Assembly: GCA_903822495.1 (NCBI GenBank)
Contig: CAIJPD010000055.1
Coordinates: forward strand, 34,903-98,902
DNA: 64,000 nucleotides
Direction: 5' to 3'
Source of the DNA: an uncultured Chloroflexota bacterium
GTDB taxonomy: Bacteria > Chloroflexota > Limnocylindria > Limnocylindrales > CSP1-4
Shown here: positions 42,969 through 53,115 of the stretch, in pieces
Position numbering within the stretch: position 1 is the first letter of the stretch
Layout of the letters: each line of letters opens with the position of its first letter
Notes under the pieces: generated by a model
Databases searched by the model: none
What the model saw: the letters and a program-made list of their open reading frames with translations, nothing else
Told to the model about the DNA's origin: nothing
Program-made: the position numbers and the translations under genes

Positions 42969-44315
42969 TCAGGCCGGGGCTGGCGCCGACTTCGCCTCCC
43001 CCGTCGCCGCCCGGCTCAACGCCGGGTGGACCAGGCCGATGGCGCCCGGGACCACGTTGAGCACCGTCGCGACCAACACCGCCCAGGTGATGTCGCCGCC
43101 CGCCAGCAGGAACCCGGCCAGCAGTGAGCCCAGCGGCGGCGTCCCACGCATGAGGGTCCGGAGCACCGCGAACACGCGGCCGCGCAGTTCGGGCGGGATG
43201 AGGCGCATCCGGATGGTCTGCGCCCAGGCCGTGAGGCACGACGAGCAGAGCCCAATCCCCGCCAGCACCAGGACCAGCGGCATCAACGACGGCCGGAAGA
43301 TGAGCAGGCCCTGGACCAGCCCCGCCGCCAGCACCGCCGCGGCGATCGACCGCCCCAGCGGCCAGCGCCAGCCCAGCGCCCCCACCAGAACGGCCCCGAG
43401 CAGCGCCCCGCCCGTGAACGCGCTGACCACCACCCCGTACACCGCCGCATCGCCGTGGAGGACGTCGCGCACGTAGATGGGCGCGAAGACCGTGAAGATC
43501 CCCTCGCCGATGTTGCCGGTCATGTAGATCAACGTGATCGCCAGCACCGCGGGCGTGCCCAGGATGAAGCGGACCGCCGGACCCAGGCCGCGGCCGGCCG
43601 GCTTCGAATCCGTGGGGCCCGAACCAACCTCCGGCGCCGAACCCACCTGGCCGCCTTCGGCCGGGCCGGCGTCTCCCTCGACCCCGGGCGTTCCGCCAAG
43701 CGCCGAACGGCCCGCCGCGCTCCGGACCAGCGCGGGGAGCGGGCCCATCCCCAGCAGGCACGCGACGAAGACGCCGTAGCTGAGCGCGTCGAAGGCCAGC
43801 ACCGTCGGCGCCCCGATGACCGCGATCAGCAGCCCGGCCAGCACCGGGCCAACCAGCCCGCCGATGCTCCACGAGATGGACTCCATGGCGTTGGCGGTGA
43901 TCAGCTCGTCGCCCGACAGGAGCCGCGGCAGGATGGTGGGCATCCCCGCGCCGGAGACCATGTACAGCAGCCCGTACGTGGCCGCGGCCAGGAAGATGTG
44001 CGGGAGCGTGAGCACCCCCAGCGCCGCCGCGATGGGCACCGACGCCATGACCAGCCCCCGGATCGCGTTGTCGGCGATCAGCACCTTCCGCGGATCGAAC
44101 CGGTCCAGGACCAGACCGCCGGCCAGGCCGCCGATGATCACCGGGGCGCTGTACGCGGCGCCCAGCCAGCCCACCTCCGCCGCCCCGCCGCCGCGCTCCA
44201 GGACCAGCCAGACGAGGGCGACGAACGTCATCCCGTCGCCCAGCGACGAGACGGTCGCGCCGCCCCACAGCAGGGCGTAGGCGCGCTGCCGGAGGACGCG
44301 GAGGTAGCGCTGCAT
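42969..44315 (-). CDS. MFS transporter
   Basis: ORF 42969-45062 trimmed to the ATG at 44315 (MQRYLRVLRQRAYALLWGGATVSSLGDGM...), giving 448 aa and about 12 TM segments. The motif GGLVLDRFDPRKV is MFS-like. Confidence 0.85.
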   Translation of the reverse strand: MQRYLRVLRQRAYALLWGGATVSSLGDGMTFVALVWLVLERGGGAAEVGWLGAAYSAPVIIGGLAGGLVLDRFDPRKVLIADNAIRGLVMASVPIAAALGVLTLPHIFLAAATYGLLYMVSGAGMPTILPRLLSGDELITANAMESISWSIGGLVGPVLAGLLIAVIGAPTVLAFDALSYGVFVACLLGMGPLPALVRSAAGRSALGGTPGVEGDAGPAEGGQVGSAPEVGSGPTDSKPAGRGLGPAVRFILGTPAVLAITLIYMTGNIGEGIFTVFAPIYVRDVLHGDAAVYGVVVSAFTGGALLGAVLVGALGWRWPLGRSIAAAVLAAGLVQGLLIFRPSLMPLVLVLAGIGLCSSCLTAWAQTIRMRLIPPELRGRVFAVLRTLMRGTPPLGSLLAGFLLAGGDITWAVLVATVLNVVPGAIGLVHPALSRAATGEAKSAPAPA

Positions 44316-44432
44316 CCGGGGATCATCCGGGGTCGAGGCCGTCGCGGCAAGACGGCCCGGGGCAAAGGGTGCGGGAGGGGGCGCGGCACGGTGTGCCGGG
44401 GCGCGCCCAGCAACGCGGTACCCTTCGCGCCC

Positions 44433-45206
44433 ATGGACGACCTGCCGGAACACGCCCGGATCAATCGCACGGTCTGGGACGAATACGCCACCGAGTACGC
44501 CACCTACGCCCGGCGAAACTGGGCGAGGCCGGAGATGGCCTGGGGAATCTGGAACATCCCGGAGGCGGAGGTCGGGATGCTGCCGCCGGGCGGGGTCCAG
44601 GGCCTCGACGTCATCGAGCTGGGCTGCGGGACCGCCTATGTCTCGGGCTGGCTCGCCGCGCGCGGCGCCCGGCCCGTGGGGATCGACAACTCGCCCCGCC
44701 AGCTGGAGACCGCGCGCGCCTGTCAGGCCGAGTTCGGCCTCGCCTTCCCGCTCCACCTCGCCAACGCGGAGTCCCTGCCGTTCCCGGACGCCAGCTTCGA
44801 CCTCGCGATCAGCGAGTACGGGGCCTGCCTGTGGGCCGACCCGCATCGCTGGGTGCCCGAAGCCGCCCGCGTGCTCCGCCCGGGCGGGCGCCTGGCCTTC
44901 CTGACGAACTCGACCCTGATGTACCTGACGGTCCCGTTCGTGTCCGGCGGCGCCACCCAGACCCTGCTGCGGCCGCAGTTCGGGATGGGCCGGATCACCT
45001 GGGGCGGCGACCCAGGCGTGGAGTTCCACCTGCCGCACGGCGAGTGGATCGACCTGCTCCATGCCTCGGGCTTCCAGGTGGAGCGCCTGGTGGAGCTCCG
45101 CGCGCCAGACGGCGACCCGGCCGACGAGCGGTTCGACACCGCCAGCCGGGGATGGGCGCGGCAGTGGCCGTCCGAGGAGGTCTGGATCGCCCGCCGGCTG
45201 GGCTGA
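44433..45206 (+). CDS. class I SAM-dependent methyltransferase
   Basis: ATG at 44433, in frame within ORF 43455-45206. Motif I VIELGCGTAYVSGWLA, with a post-I acidic residue (GIDNS) and LRPGGRLAF. Confidence 0.8.
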   Translation: MDDLPEHARINRTVWDEYATEYATYARRNWARPEMAWGIWNIPEAEVGMLPPGGVQGLDVIELGCGTAYVSGWLAARGARPVGIDNSPRQLETARACQAEFGLAFPLHLANAESLPFPDASFDLAISEYGACLWADPHRWVPEAARVLRPGGRLAFLTNSTLMYLTVPFVSGGATQTLLRPQFGMGRITWGGDPGVEFHLPHGEWIDLLHASGFQVERLVELRAPDGDPADERFDTASRGWARQWPSEEVWIARRLG

Positions 45207-45257
45207 GGTTGGGCCGAGGTTGGCGGGCGTGCCGCCTCGGCGAAGGCGCCGTCCTGG

Positions 45258-45731
45258 CTAGAGCGGCTCACCCTCGCGGGTGACGAAGTCAGCCGGATCC
45301 ACCGGCTTTGGCGCCAGCCGGCCCTCGCCGCGGTCGGCCGCGCGACCCTGCCCCGGCCCAACCAGCCGCGCCCGCCCCTCCAGGATGCCGCGCGCCCACG
45401 CGTCGTCTGCGCCCGTCAGCTCAATGAGCAGCGCCCGCATGGGCACGTGGTCCGTCCAGGCCGCGTGCAGCACGTCTGCCGGCCACGCCACCGCCTCGCC
45501 GGCGGCCACCCGCCGCGCCTCCTCGCCCACCAGGACCCAGCCCCCGCCCTCGATCACGCACAACCACGCGGCATTGGGGCTCTGGTGAGGCTCCAGCCGC
45601 GCGTCCCGGGCGAACACCAGCTCGCTGACGGCACCCCGCGCGTCGCTGTGGATGATCACGCCATCGACGTGGCGCGACCCCTCCGGCCCATATGGGCGGC
45701 GGTGGCCAACCCCGAAGCGGCGGACATCCAT
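45258..45731 (-). CDS. cupin domain protein
   Basis: 157 aa with a beta-barrel-like pattern (LEPHQSPNAAWLCVIEGGGWVLVGEE...AGEAVAWPADVLHAAW). Confidence 0.6.
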   Translation of the reverse strand: MDVRRFGVGHRRPYGPEGSRHVDGVIIHSDARGAVSELVFARDARLEPHQSPNAAWLCVIEGGGWVLVGEEARRVAAGEAVAWPADVLHAAWTDHVPMRALLIELTGADDAWARGILEGRARLVGPGQGRAADRGEGRLAPKPVDPADFVTREGEPL

Positions 45732-45795
45732 CGGGATCGGAGACCCGTCGACGCTGCCTGCGTGCCTGCCGGCCCGACCTGCTGCCCGCCCGACC

Positions 45796-46233
45796 CTACC
45801 GCCGGCGGCGGTTGGTCCGGCGCGCCGGCTTGGACCGGATGGTGGCCTCGGGGTGCGTGAAGCGCGTCTTGCTGAAGTAGCGCTCCCGGGCCAGCTTCTG
45901 GTCGTAGATCGCGAAGACCGGCGGGAAGCGCCGGAAGCGCGCGTAGACCAGGACGCCCAGGCCGACGACGATCGTGAACAGCACGATGAAGAAGTCGAAC
46001 AGGAAGAGCGCCGCGATCGCCACCAGGAAGAAGGTGATGACCGAGGTCCACAGGATCCACTCCCACATGTCCAGGTACGGGGCGTGCTTGTGGAGCGCCC
46101 GGGTGCGCATGTTGTACAGGACGACCGCGACCGCGATGAGCGCCAGCGAGGCGGCCCAGCTCAGGTCGTAGACATCCGGAAAGTTCGTGCGGCTGAACGG
46201 CAGGAAGAGGTATTCCCAGGGCAGCAACGTCAC
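45796..46233 (-). CDS. hypothetical membrane protein with basic C-terminal tail
   Basis: 145 aa with 3 TM segments. GTG at 46233 is preceded by GAGGAA. G+C is locally lower than in the flanks. Confidence 0.6.
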   Translation of the reverse strand: MTLLPWEYLFLPFSRTNFPDVYDLSWAASLALIAVAVVLYNMRTRALHKHAPYLDMWEWILWTSVITFFLVAIAALFLFDFFIVLFTIVVGLGVLVYARFRRFPPVFAIYDQKLARERYFSKTRFTHPEATIRSKPARRTNRRRR

Positions 46234-46450
46234 GGTAGTTCCTCGTGGACCGATGCACGAGTGTCGTCTGTGAACACCCGGCGATGAGGGAGTATGCCAT
46301 GCCGGGCGCTATACTCGGGCGCAGTCGCGCGGGGCCGGAGCCAAGGGCCGGGCCGGATCGCACCAGGGGTCCCGGGCAGCCCTGCGGTCGGCCAGGAGAA
46401 CAGTCGGCCCTGTGCGGACGCCATCTCCCGCCAGTCGGAGGACCGCCCGG

Positions 46451-47998
46451 GTGCGAGCCCTGCTCTCAGTTGCCAACCGTGAGGGGATCAGCACCCTCGC
46501 CCGGGAGCTGACCGCGCTGGGCGTGGAGCTGTTCGCGACGGACGGAACCCGTGAGCACCTGGCCGCCGACGGCATCGCCGCGCGGCCCGTCGTCGAGCTG
46601 ACGCAGGTCCCGGAGTTCCTCGGCGGCCAGGTCAAGACCTTCCACCCCGCCGTCTACGCCGGGATCCTGGCACGCCGCGACCGCCCCGACCAGCTCCGGG
46701 AGCTGGCGGAACAGGGGATCGGCCTGATCGACATCGTCGTGGTCAACGTGCGCCCCTTCGGCGCCGAGATCGGGCAACGCCTGGTCAGCATCGACGAGGC
46801 GCTCGAGATGATCGATGTCGGCGGCGCGGCCCTGCTGGGCGCGGCGGGACGCAACGCGGCCGGAGTCGCGGCCGTGGCCAGCCCGGAGCACTACCCCCGG
46901 CTGATCGAGGAGCTCAAGGAGCGGGGATCGGTCAGCCCGGAGCTGCGCGCGCAGCTGGCGGCGGACGCCTTCGGGGCCGTGGCCGCCCACCACGCGGAGA
47001 TCGCGGCCTACCTCAACCAGTTCTCGGGCACCACCTTCCCGCGCCGATTGGCGATGGTCCTGGAGAAGGTGGGCGACCTGCGCTACGGCGAGAACCCGCA
47101 CCAGAGCGCGGCGTTCTACCGGGAGACCACGCACACGTCCGGGACGCTCGCGGATGCCACCCAGATCCAGGGCGAACGACCCTCGTTCAACAACCTGCAG
47201 GACCTGGACGCGGCCTGGCGGATGGTCGGCGACTACACCGCGCCCACCGTGGCCATCGTCAAGCACACGGACCCGGTGGGGCTGGCCTCCAACGGCGAGC
47301 TCGTGGAGGCGTACCGCAAGGCCCTCGAGACGGACCCGGTGGCGTCGTTCGGCGGGATCGTGGCGGTGAACCGCCAGATGGACGGCTCAACGGCGCGCGA
47401 GATCGCGAACAACTCGTACGAGGCCGTGGTTGCCCCGTCGTACAGCCCGGCGGCCCTCGGCATCCTGAAGGCCAAGCCCGGCCTGGAGATTCTCGCCGTG
47501 CCGCCGGACCCGTCCGAGGGGATGCGCGACTACGGCATCGCCAGCCTGGACTTCAAGCGGATCGGTGGTGGGCTGCTCGTGGAGACCCAGGACACGCTGG
47601 GCCTGGACCGCCGGCAGCTGCAGGTGGTCACCAAGCGACGACCCACGCTGGAGGAGCTCACGGACCTCCTGTTTGCCTGGCGTGCGGTCCGCCACGTGCG
47701 GTCCAACGCCATCGTGCTGGCGAAGAATGCCGGGACGGTGGGGATCGGCGCGGCACAGGCCAGCCGCCAGGTCTCGGTGGAGATCGCGCTCCGACGCGCG
47801 GGTGACCGGGCCCGCTTCTCGGTCATGGCCAGCGACGCCTACTTCCCGTTCCCGGACGGCATCCAGATCGCTGCCCAGAGCGGCGTCACGGCGATCATCC
47901 AGCCCGGCGGCTCCATCCGCGACGAGATGGCGATCGAGGTCGCGGACCGTCACCACCTGGCCATGGTCTTCACCGGCCGGCGGCACTTCCGGACCTGA
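46451..47998 (+). CDS. purH: bifunctional AICAR formyltransferase / IMP cyclohydrolase
   Basis: [12 protein letters not shown]...TDGT...GGQVKTFHP (MGS-like IMPCH) followed by an AICARFT domain ending RHFRT. GTG at 46451 lies 8 nt after GGAGGA; the alternative start is GTG at 46412. Confidence 0.9.
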   Translation: MRALLSVANREGISTLARELTALGVELFATDGTREHLAADGIAARPVVELTQVPEFLGGQVKTFHPAVYAGILARRDRPDQLRELAEQGIGLIDIVVVNVRPFGAEIGQRLVSIDEALEMIDVGGAALLGAAGRNAAGVAAVASPEHYPRLIEELKERGSVSPELRAQLAADAFGAVAAHHAEIAAYLNQFSGTTFPRRLAMVLEKVGDLRYGENPHQSAAFYRETTHTSGTLADATQIQGERPSFNNLQDLDAAWRMVGDYTAPTVAIVKHTDPVGLASNGELVEAYRKALETDPVASFGGIVAVNRQMDGSTAREIANNSYEAVVAPSYSPAALGILKAKPGLEILAVPPDPSEGMRDYGIASLDFKRIGGGLLVETQDTLGLDRRQLQVVTKRRPTLEELTDLLFAWRAVRHVRSNAIVLAKNAGTVGIGAAQASRQVSVEIALRRAGDRARFSVMASDAYFPFPDGIQIAAQSGVTAIIQPGGSIRDEMAIEVADRHHLAMVFTGRRHFRT

Positions 47999-48144
47999 CG
48001 ATGCCGCGCGGACGAATCCGCCAAACTGCACCCAACGGGCGAACGCCCAGCGATGGCGTCGTCCAGCACCGACGGATCAGCCGAACGCTCGGCACGCCCC
48101 GATCAGCCGCCTTGACTCCACCACCACGGGAGGCCCGAGCACCA

Positions 48145-49122
48145 ATGGAACAGCTCCTCGCACTCGACATGGTCCGCGTCACCGAGATCGCCGCCATCGC
48201 ATCGGCCCGGTTCATGGGCCGGGGCGACCGCATGGCCGCCGACCAGGCCGCCACCGAAGCCATGCGCAAGATCATGGACGAGATCGACATGGCCGGGACC
48301 ATCGTGATCGGCGAGGGGGAGCGCGACGAGGCGCCGATGCTGTACATCGGCGAGCAGGTCGGCACCCGCGCCCCCGGGGTGCCGGCGATCGACATCGCGG
48401 TGGATCCGCTGGAGGGCACCAACCTGGTCGCCTTCGGGCAGGCCGGCGCCATCACCGTCCTGGCCGCGTCCGAGAAGGGCGGCCTCCTGCACGCCCCGGA
48501 TACGTACCTCGACAAGCTGTGCGTGGGCCCGGTGGTCGCCGGCAAGGTCGACATCACCCGAACCCCCACCGAGAACGTCCATCGCATCGCGGAGGCCCTG
48601 GGCCGCAAGCCCCAGGACATCACGATCGTGATCCTGGAGCGGGCGCGCCACGAAGGCCTGATCAACGAGGTGCGCGCCGCCGGCGCCCGCATCAAGCTCA
48701 TCACCGACGGCGACCTGTCCGCGGCCATCTCGTGCGCGGTCTCCGGCACGGGCGTCCACGCGGTCATGGGCACGGGCGGGGCGCCCGAGGGCGTGATCAC
48801 CGCCGCCGCGCTGCGCTGCCTCGGCGGCGAGATCCAGGCCCGGTTCCGGTTCCGCAACCCCGAGGAGCGGGCCCGCGCCATCAAGATGGGCAACGACGAC
48901 GACGAGTCGCGGGTCTACCGGACCGAAGAGCTGGCCAGCGGCGAGAACCTGGTCTTCGCGGCCACGGGCGTCACCAAGGGTGACCTCCTCGACGGCGTGC
49001 GCTTCTTCGGCGGCGGCGCCCGGACGCACTCGCTGGTGATGTCGTACCAGAGCAAGCAGGTCCGCTTCGTGGACACCGTCCAGATGTTCGACCTGTCGAA
49101 GCCCCCGACGGTCCGCCTCTAG
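48145..49122 (+). CDS. glpX: class II fructose-1,6-bisphosphatase
   Basis: ATG at 48145 ([28 protein letters not shown]...), preceded by GGGAGG. GlpX pattern: [16 protein letters not shown]. Confidence 0.9.
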   Translation: MEQLLALDMVRVTEIAAIASARFMGRGDRMAADQAATEAMRKIMDEIDMAGTIVIGEGERDEAPMLYIGEQVGTRAPGVPAIDIAVDPLEGTNLVAFGQAGAITVLAASEKGGLLHAPDTYLDKLCVGPVVAGKVDITRTPTENVHRIAEALGRKPQDITIVILERARHEGLINEVRAAGARIKLITDGDLSAAISCAVSGTGVHAVMGTGGAPEGVITAAALRCLGGEIQARFRFRNPEERARAIKMGNDDDESRVYRTEELASGENLVFAATGVTKGDLLDGVRFFGGGARTHSLVMSYQSKQVRFVDTVQMFDLSKPPTVRL

Positions 49123-49162
49123 GCGTTCGCGGCGCGACGCCCGGGCCCCACGGCTCCGGGCG

Positions 49163-49765
49163 TCAGACCAGCTGGCCGAAGACCCAGGCGCCCACCGAAT
49201 CGCGCAGGGGGGCCAGCAGCAGGTCGCGCGTCATCTGCGGCCCGCCCTCCGATTCCCAGGGCAGCCAGACCGCCAGCGCGGCTTCCACTTCGTGGATGAG
49301 CAGCGCCACCTCGGCCGGCTCCAGGACCACGTACGCGCACGCGCTGGGCTGATCCTGGCCGGCCCGCCGGCCGCTGATCAACGACTTGAGCGCGGAGGCG
49401 GACGGCAGGCGCGTGACCAGCTCCCGAACCAGCGTCTGCGGGATCCCGGCGGGCGAGAGCGGCTCGACGAGCAACTCGGCGCCGAAGCCGCGGGGCGAGA
49501 AGATCTCGGGGACCAAATCGTCGGCCGCCGTGGCCTCGCGCAGGCTGAGATCGTCGTACGACAGGCCTGAGGCCAGGAACGTCTGCACCACGCGGACGGC
49601 GGTCGGCGGGTCGACCAGCCGGGTCTGCAGCTCCGGGGCCAGTGCCACCATCCGCACCACGGCGGGGCCGGACGGGTCGGCGAAGAGCTCGAAGAGCCGC
49701 TCGGCCTCGAAGCTGGCGAACCACCAGTGATACGCCACGTCCCGCCGTCCTCCTTCGGTCACCAC
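49163..49765 (-). CDS. hypothetical protein
   Basis: Only the C-terminal ~200 aa of track ORF 49163-50755 has balanced, coding-like composition (YHWWFASFEAERLFELFAD...). GTG starts occur at 49765 and 49762. The upstream part overlaps folK in another frame. Confidence 0.45.
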   Translation of the reverse strand: MVTEGGRRDVAYHWWFASFEAERLFELFADPSGPAVVRMVALAPELQTRLVDPPTAVRVVQTFLASGLSYDDLSLREATAADDLVPEIFSPRGFGAELLVEPLSPAGIPQTLVRELVTRLPSASALKSLISGRRAGQDQPSACAYVVLEPAEVALLIHEVEAALAVWLPWESEGGPQMTRDLLLAPLRDSVGAWVFGQLV

Positions 49766-49902
49766 GTCTGCGTCCGGCGGGTCGGCCGCCGGAGTCGCCG
49801 GGCGCGCGGTCCCGCTGCACTCGGGCCGAACTGTACGCACCGTCGCCGCAGCGTCAAGCGAGCGGCCCTCCGCGGCGACACCTAGCGCAGCGGGTGAGCT
49901 TC

Positions 49903-50532
49903 CTAGCGATCCACCCAGCGTCTCGTGCGAGCGTCCCAGTCCCCGGCCTGGCGCACGGCGTCGGCGCCCTCCTCGCGCTCGCGGCGCGCACGCACCGTCG
50001 CCACCGTCTCGTGCCAGCCGGGCGGGACCAGGCCGGGGGCAAGGTCGGCGAGCGGCGCCAGCACGAAGAGGCGGTCCGCGGCATCGCGATGCGGGACCTG
50101 GAGCAGGGTGGGCGCCGGGGGAACGCCGGCCGCTTCCGCCGAATCCATCACCCTGATCGGGGCCAGCTCGGGCGGCCGCGCCACCAGGATGCGGGCGCGC
50201 CCGAAGACGAGCAGGTCCAGGTCCAGGACGCGCGGCCCCCAGCGGCGACCGTCGGTCCGGCCGGCGTCGGCCTCGATTCCCTTGAGGGCGCGGAGGAGGG
50301 CGAGCGCGCCGTCGTCGGGGTGGGGCCCACGCGCCACCTCCAGCGCGACGACCGCATTCAGGTAGTCCGGCTGGTCCAGTACGCCCACGGGCCGCGTCAC
50401 GTACAGCCGAGACACCGCGCGGAGGCGCGCCCCGCCGAGCGCGCCCAGGGCCGCGACGGCGACGGCGAGCGTGGTCGCGGAGTCCCCCGTGTTGGACCCC
50501 AGCCCAACGTACGCCCGAACCCGTCGCGCCAC
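49903..50532 (-). CDS. folK: 2-amino-4-hydroxy-6-hydroxymethyldihydropteridine diphosphokinase (HPPK)
   Basis: Motifs AYVGLGSN.GD, SRLYVTRPVG..DQPDYLNAVVAL, WGPRVLDLDLL, PHRDAADRLFVLAPLADL. GTG at 50532 is preceded by GGAGGAGG. Confidence 0.85.
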   Translation of the reverse strand: MARRVRAYVGLGSNTGDSATTLAVAVAALGALGGARLRAVSRLYVTRPVGVLDQPDYLNAVVALEVARGPHPDDGALALLRALKGIEADAGRTDGRRWGPRVLDLDLLVFGRARILVARPPELAPIRVMDSAEAAGVPPAPTLLQVPHRDAADRLFVLAPLADLAPGLVPPGWHETVATVRARREREEGADAVRQAGDWDARTRRWVDR

Positions 50533-50615
50533 GTGCCTCCTCCAATCCGGCGCCGAACGCCCGGCGTCGAACGCCCGGCGTCGACCGCCGGGCCGGCGCC
50601 GCTAGACTCGGCGCG

Positions 50616-51704
50616 ATGATGCGCGTCGCCGTCCGAATCTTCCATCCGGAGCCCGGACCGGCCGCCGGGCCGCTCGAATCGTGGTTGGGCGCCTCCCGCG
50701 CGCGGCTGGCCCAGCGCCACCGGGCCGCGTTCGAGGCCGCCGGCGCCAACGACATCCGGATCGAGGCCGGCCCGCCCGACGACGTCCCGTTCGGCCGCAG
50801 GCTCCGCGACGCCCTCGCCGATCGACCCGAGCACGGAATGCACGGCCTGGTGGTCCTGGGCTCCGGCGCGATCCCGCTCGCGACCCGCCGCGACTACCGG
50901 CGCCTGGTGGATGCCGCGCGGGGACCCGCTGGGACCGCGCTGGCCAACAACCGCTTCTCCGCGGACGTGGTCGCCATCGCCGGCCTGGCCGCCCTGCGCG
51001 ACCTCTCGGATGCGATCACCGACAACGCCCTCCCGCGCTGGCTCGCCGAGGCGGCCGGCTACGCCGTCACCGAGCTCCGGGCACGGGACCGCCTGGGCCT
51101 GGACCTCGATTCGCCGCTGGACCTGGTGCTGACGTCGCTGGCCGCGGGCCGCCCGACGGGCGGGCAGACGCCGGCGTGGGCGCCCGAACCGCCCGCCGCG
51201 GCCGGCCTCGGACCGGTGCTCGATCGCCTCGGCCGGATTCGGGCCGTCGCCGCCGATCCCCGGGCCGAGCTGGTGGTCGTCGGCCGGACCTCGGCGGCGG
51301 CGCTGGCCTGGCTGGAGCAAAACGCGGCCGCGCGAGTTCGGGCGCTGGTCGAGGAGCGTGGGCTCAAGACCGGGGCCGCCGATGGCCGGCCGCCCGTGTC
51401 CGTGCTGGGTGCCCTGCTGGACCGGGATGGCCCCGATGCGTTGGGCACCATCCTCTCCCGGCTGGGCGAGGCCGCGATCCTGGACACGCGCGTGCTCCTT
51501 GCCCATCGCCTTGGCCGCGACGAACGGGGCTGGCCGGCCGCGGAGGACCGGTTTGCCAGCGACCTCCTGCTCCCCGGCCGCGTCCGCGACCCATGGCTCC
51601 GGGCGCTGACCGCCTCCGCGGCCGCGGCACCCATCCCGGTCCTGCTGGGCGGCCACAGCCTGGTGGGTCCCGGGCTCCACCTCGTCGTCGGCGGTGACGC
51701 GTGA
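50616..51704 (+). CDS. hypothetical protein (possibly nucleotidyltransferase/GT-A-like), coupled to the MidA-like gene
   Basis: 362 aa. The ATG at 50616 lies 7 nt after a TAGACT -10-like hexamer and has no SD (leaderless?). The stop overlaps the next start (GTGA). The segment HGLVVLGSGAIPLATRRDYRRLV only weakly resembles NTP-transferase folds. Confidence 0.5.
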   Translation: MMRVAVRIFHPEPGPAAGPLESWLGASRARLAQRHRAAFEAAGANDIRIEAGPPDDVPFGRRLRDALADRPEHGMHGLVVLGSGAIPLATRRDYRRLVDAARGPAGTALANNRFSADVVAIAGLAALRDLSDAITDNALPRWLAEAAGYAVTELRARDRLGLDLDSPLDLVLTSLAAGRPTGGQTPAWAPEPPAAAGLGPVLDRLGRIRAVAADPRAELVVVGRTSAAALAWLEQNAAARVRALVEERGLKTGAADGRPPVSVLGALLDRDGPDALGTILSRLGEAAILDTRVLLAHRLGRDERGWPAAEDRFASDLLLPGRVRDPWLRALTASAAAAPIPVLLGGHSLVGPGLHLVVGGDA

Positions 51705-52939
51705 CCCACGACCCGTTCGCCGCCGCCCTGGGCCTTCGGCGCGTCGCGGGCCTGGACCCTCGGCCAGCCCCGTCCAGCCATCCCGCCCTCGCCGCGAAGA
51801 TCGCCGGGGAGATCCGCGAGCGCGGCCCCATGACCTTCGCCCGGTTCATGGCGCTGGCCCTGTACGACCCCAAGGGCGGCTACTACACCGCCGAGCAGGC
51901 CCGACCCGGCCGGGAGGGCGACTTCATCACCGCCCCCGAGGCGCATCCCATCTTCGGCTGGTCGCTGGCACGCCAGGTCCACCAGGTCTGGGAGCTCCTG
52001 GGCTGTCCCGACCCGTTCGTCCTGCGCGAGCACGGGGCCGGGGCCGGCGCCCTGGCCCAGGCGATCCTCGACGGGCTGGCGCGCGACGGGTCCGGTGTCC
52101 TCCACGGGCTGCGCTATCAGCCCGTGGAGGTCGAGCCCCGCCGGATCGAGGCGCTCGCGGCGCGGCTGGCCGCCGCGGGTCACGGCGCGCGCCTGGACCT
52201 CGCGGGCGCCGCCGATCCGGCCCCGCTGACCGGGCTGATCCTGGGCAACGAGGTCCTCGACGCGCTCCCGGTCCATCGTGTCCGGGGGCTGGCCGACGGC
52301 GGGCTGGAGGAGCTGTTCGTGGTGGAGGCCGCAGGGGCGGCCGAATCCGTGCCTGCCTTCGAGGCCCTGGCCGGTCCGCCCTCCACCCCCGCCCTCGCCG
52401 CCCGTCTCGCCGGCGAGGGGATCACCCTCCGCCCCGGCCAGGACGCCGAGATCTGCCTGGCGCTGGATGCGTGGGTCGCGGACCGGGCCGCCGAGCTGGG
52501 CCGCGGCCTGCTCCTGCTCGTCGACTACGGGCATCCCGCCCCGGAGCTGTACGACGGCTTCAAGCGGCCGCGCGGCACGCTCCTCGCCTATCGCCACCAC
52601 CGCGCGCTGGACGAGCCGTTCGCGGCCGTGGGTCGCCAGGACCTGACCGCGCACGTCGACGTGACGGCCGTCCAGCGCGCCGCCGAGGCCGCCGGCCTGG
52701 TGACGGCGGGGATCACGACGCAGGCGGAGCTGCTCACCAGCCTGGGCGCGGGCGAGCTCTTCGCGGCGCTGGGAGGCGACCCCGCGACCGCGCCCGAGGA
52801 CTACCTGACGGCACGCTCGGCGCTCATGCGGATGCTCGATCCGGCCGCCATGGGCAAGTTCCGGGTCATGCTCATGGGGCGCGGGTTGCCGCCGGACTGC
52901 CGGCTCCGGGCCCTCGACTTCCGCCTCCCACGGCGCTGA
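51701..52939 (+). CDS. SAM-dependent methyltransferase, MidA/NDUFAF7 (DUF185) family
   Basis: Motifs MTFARFMALALYDPKGGYYT, DFITAPEAHPIFG, EHGAGAGAL, LGNEVLDALPVHRV, LLLVDYG. Confidence 0.85.
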   Translation: MTHDPFAAALGLRRVAGLDPRPAPSSHPALAAKIAGEIRERGPMTFARFMALALYDPKGGYYTAEQARPGREGDFITAPEAHPIFGWSLARQVHQVWELLGCPDPFVLREHGAGAGALAQAILDGLARDGSGVLHGLRYQPVEVEPRRIEALAARLAAAGHGARLDLAGAADPAPLTGLILGNEVLDALPVHRVRGLADGGLEELFVVEAAGAAESVPAFEALAGPPSTPALAARLAGEGITLRPGQDAEICLALDAWVADRAAELGRGLLLLVDYGHPAPELYDGFKRPRGTLLAYRHHRALDEPFAAVGRQDLTAHVDVTAVQRAAEAAGLVTAGITTQAELLTSLGAGELFAALGGDPATAPEDYLTARSALMRMLDPAAMGKFRVMLMGRGLPPDCRLRALDFRLPRR

Positions 52940-52998
52940 AACGTGCCGTTTGGCACCCGTCCGCGACGGCTGGCGGCCGCCCCGGCCCCGGGATGCGC

Positions 52999-53007
52999 TG
53001 CTAGAAT
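52999..53007 (+). promoter_or_regulatory. candidate extended -10 element upstream of nuoA
   Basis: TGcTAGAAT lies 109 nt upstream of the nuoA start, after a small hairpin GTGCC-GTTT-GGCAC (52943-52956) that follows the MidA-like stop. No convincing -35 element. Confidence 0.35.
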
Positions 53008-53115
53008 GGCCCCAGTGTCCGGGATTTCCGGGGCGCTTTTGCGCCGTCCGGAGATCAGCAACCAGGAGTCGCGTGCACGCCCAGTCGGACCGGCACCGCG
53101 CGAAGTGAGGACCGC

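Noticed and set aside
41560-44268. 902-aa minus-strand ORF, and the N-terminal part of the plus-strand ORF 43455-45206
   Set aside because: They overlap the NUDIX, membrane-protein and MFS genes in other frames or strands. Only the MFS frame (42969-44315, minus) and the methyltransferase part (44433-45206, plus) show family features.
46234-46450. ZTP (pfl) riboswitch in the purH leader
   Set aside because: purH is a classic ZTP-regulated gene. The leader ends in ..GGAGGACCGCCCGGGUG, which resembles the conserved CCGCCUGGGC 3'-element. However, I could not find the conserved 5' sub-domain on the plus strand. A GACUGGCG match occurs only on the opposite strand. This needs cmsearch with the Rfam pfl model, and it is not claimed.
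49766-50755. Upstream two-thirds of the 530-aa minus-strand ORF 49163-50755
   Set aside because: It overlaps folK (49903-50532) in another frame, and folK shows clear HPPK motifs. The translated sequence is Arg/Ala/Pro/Gly-rich.
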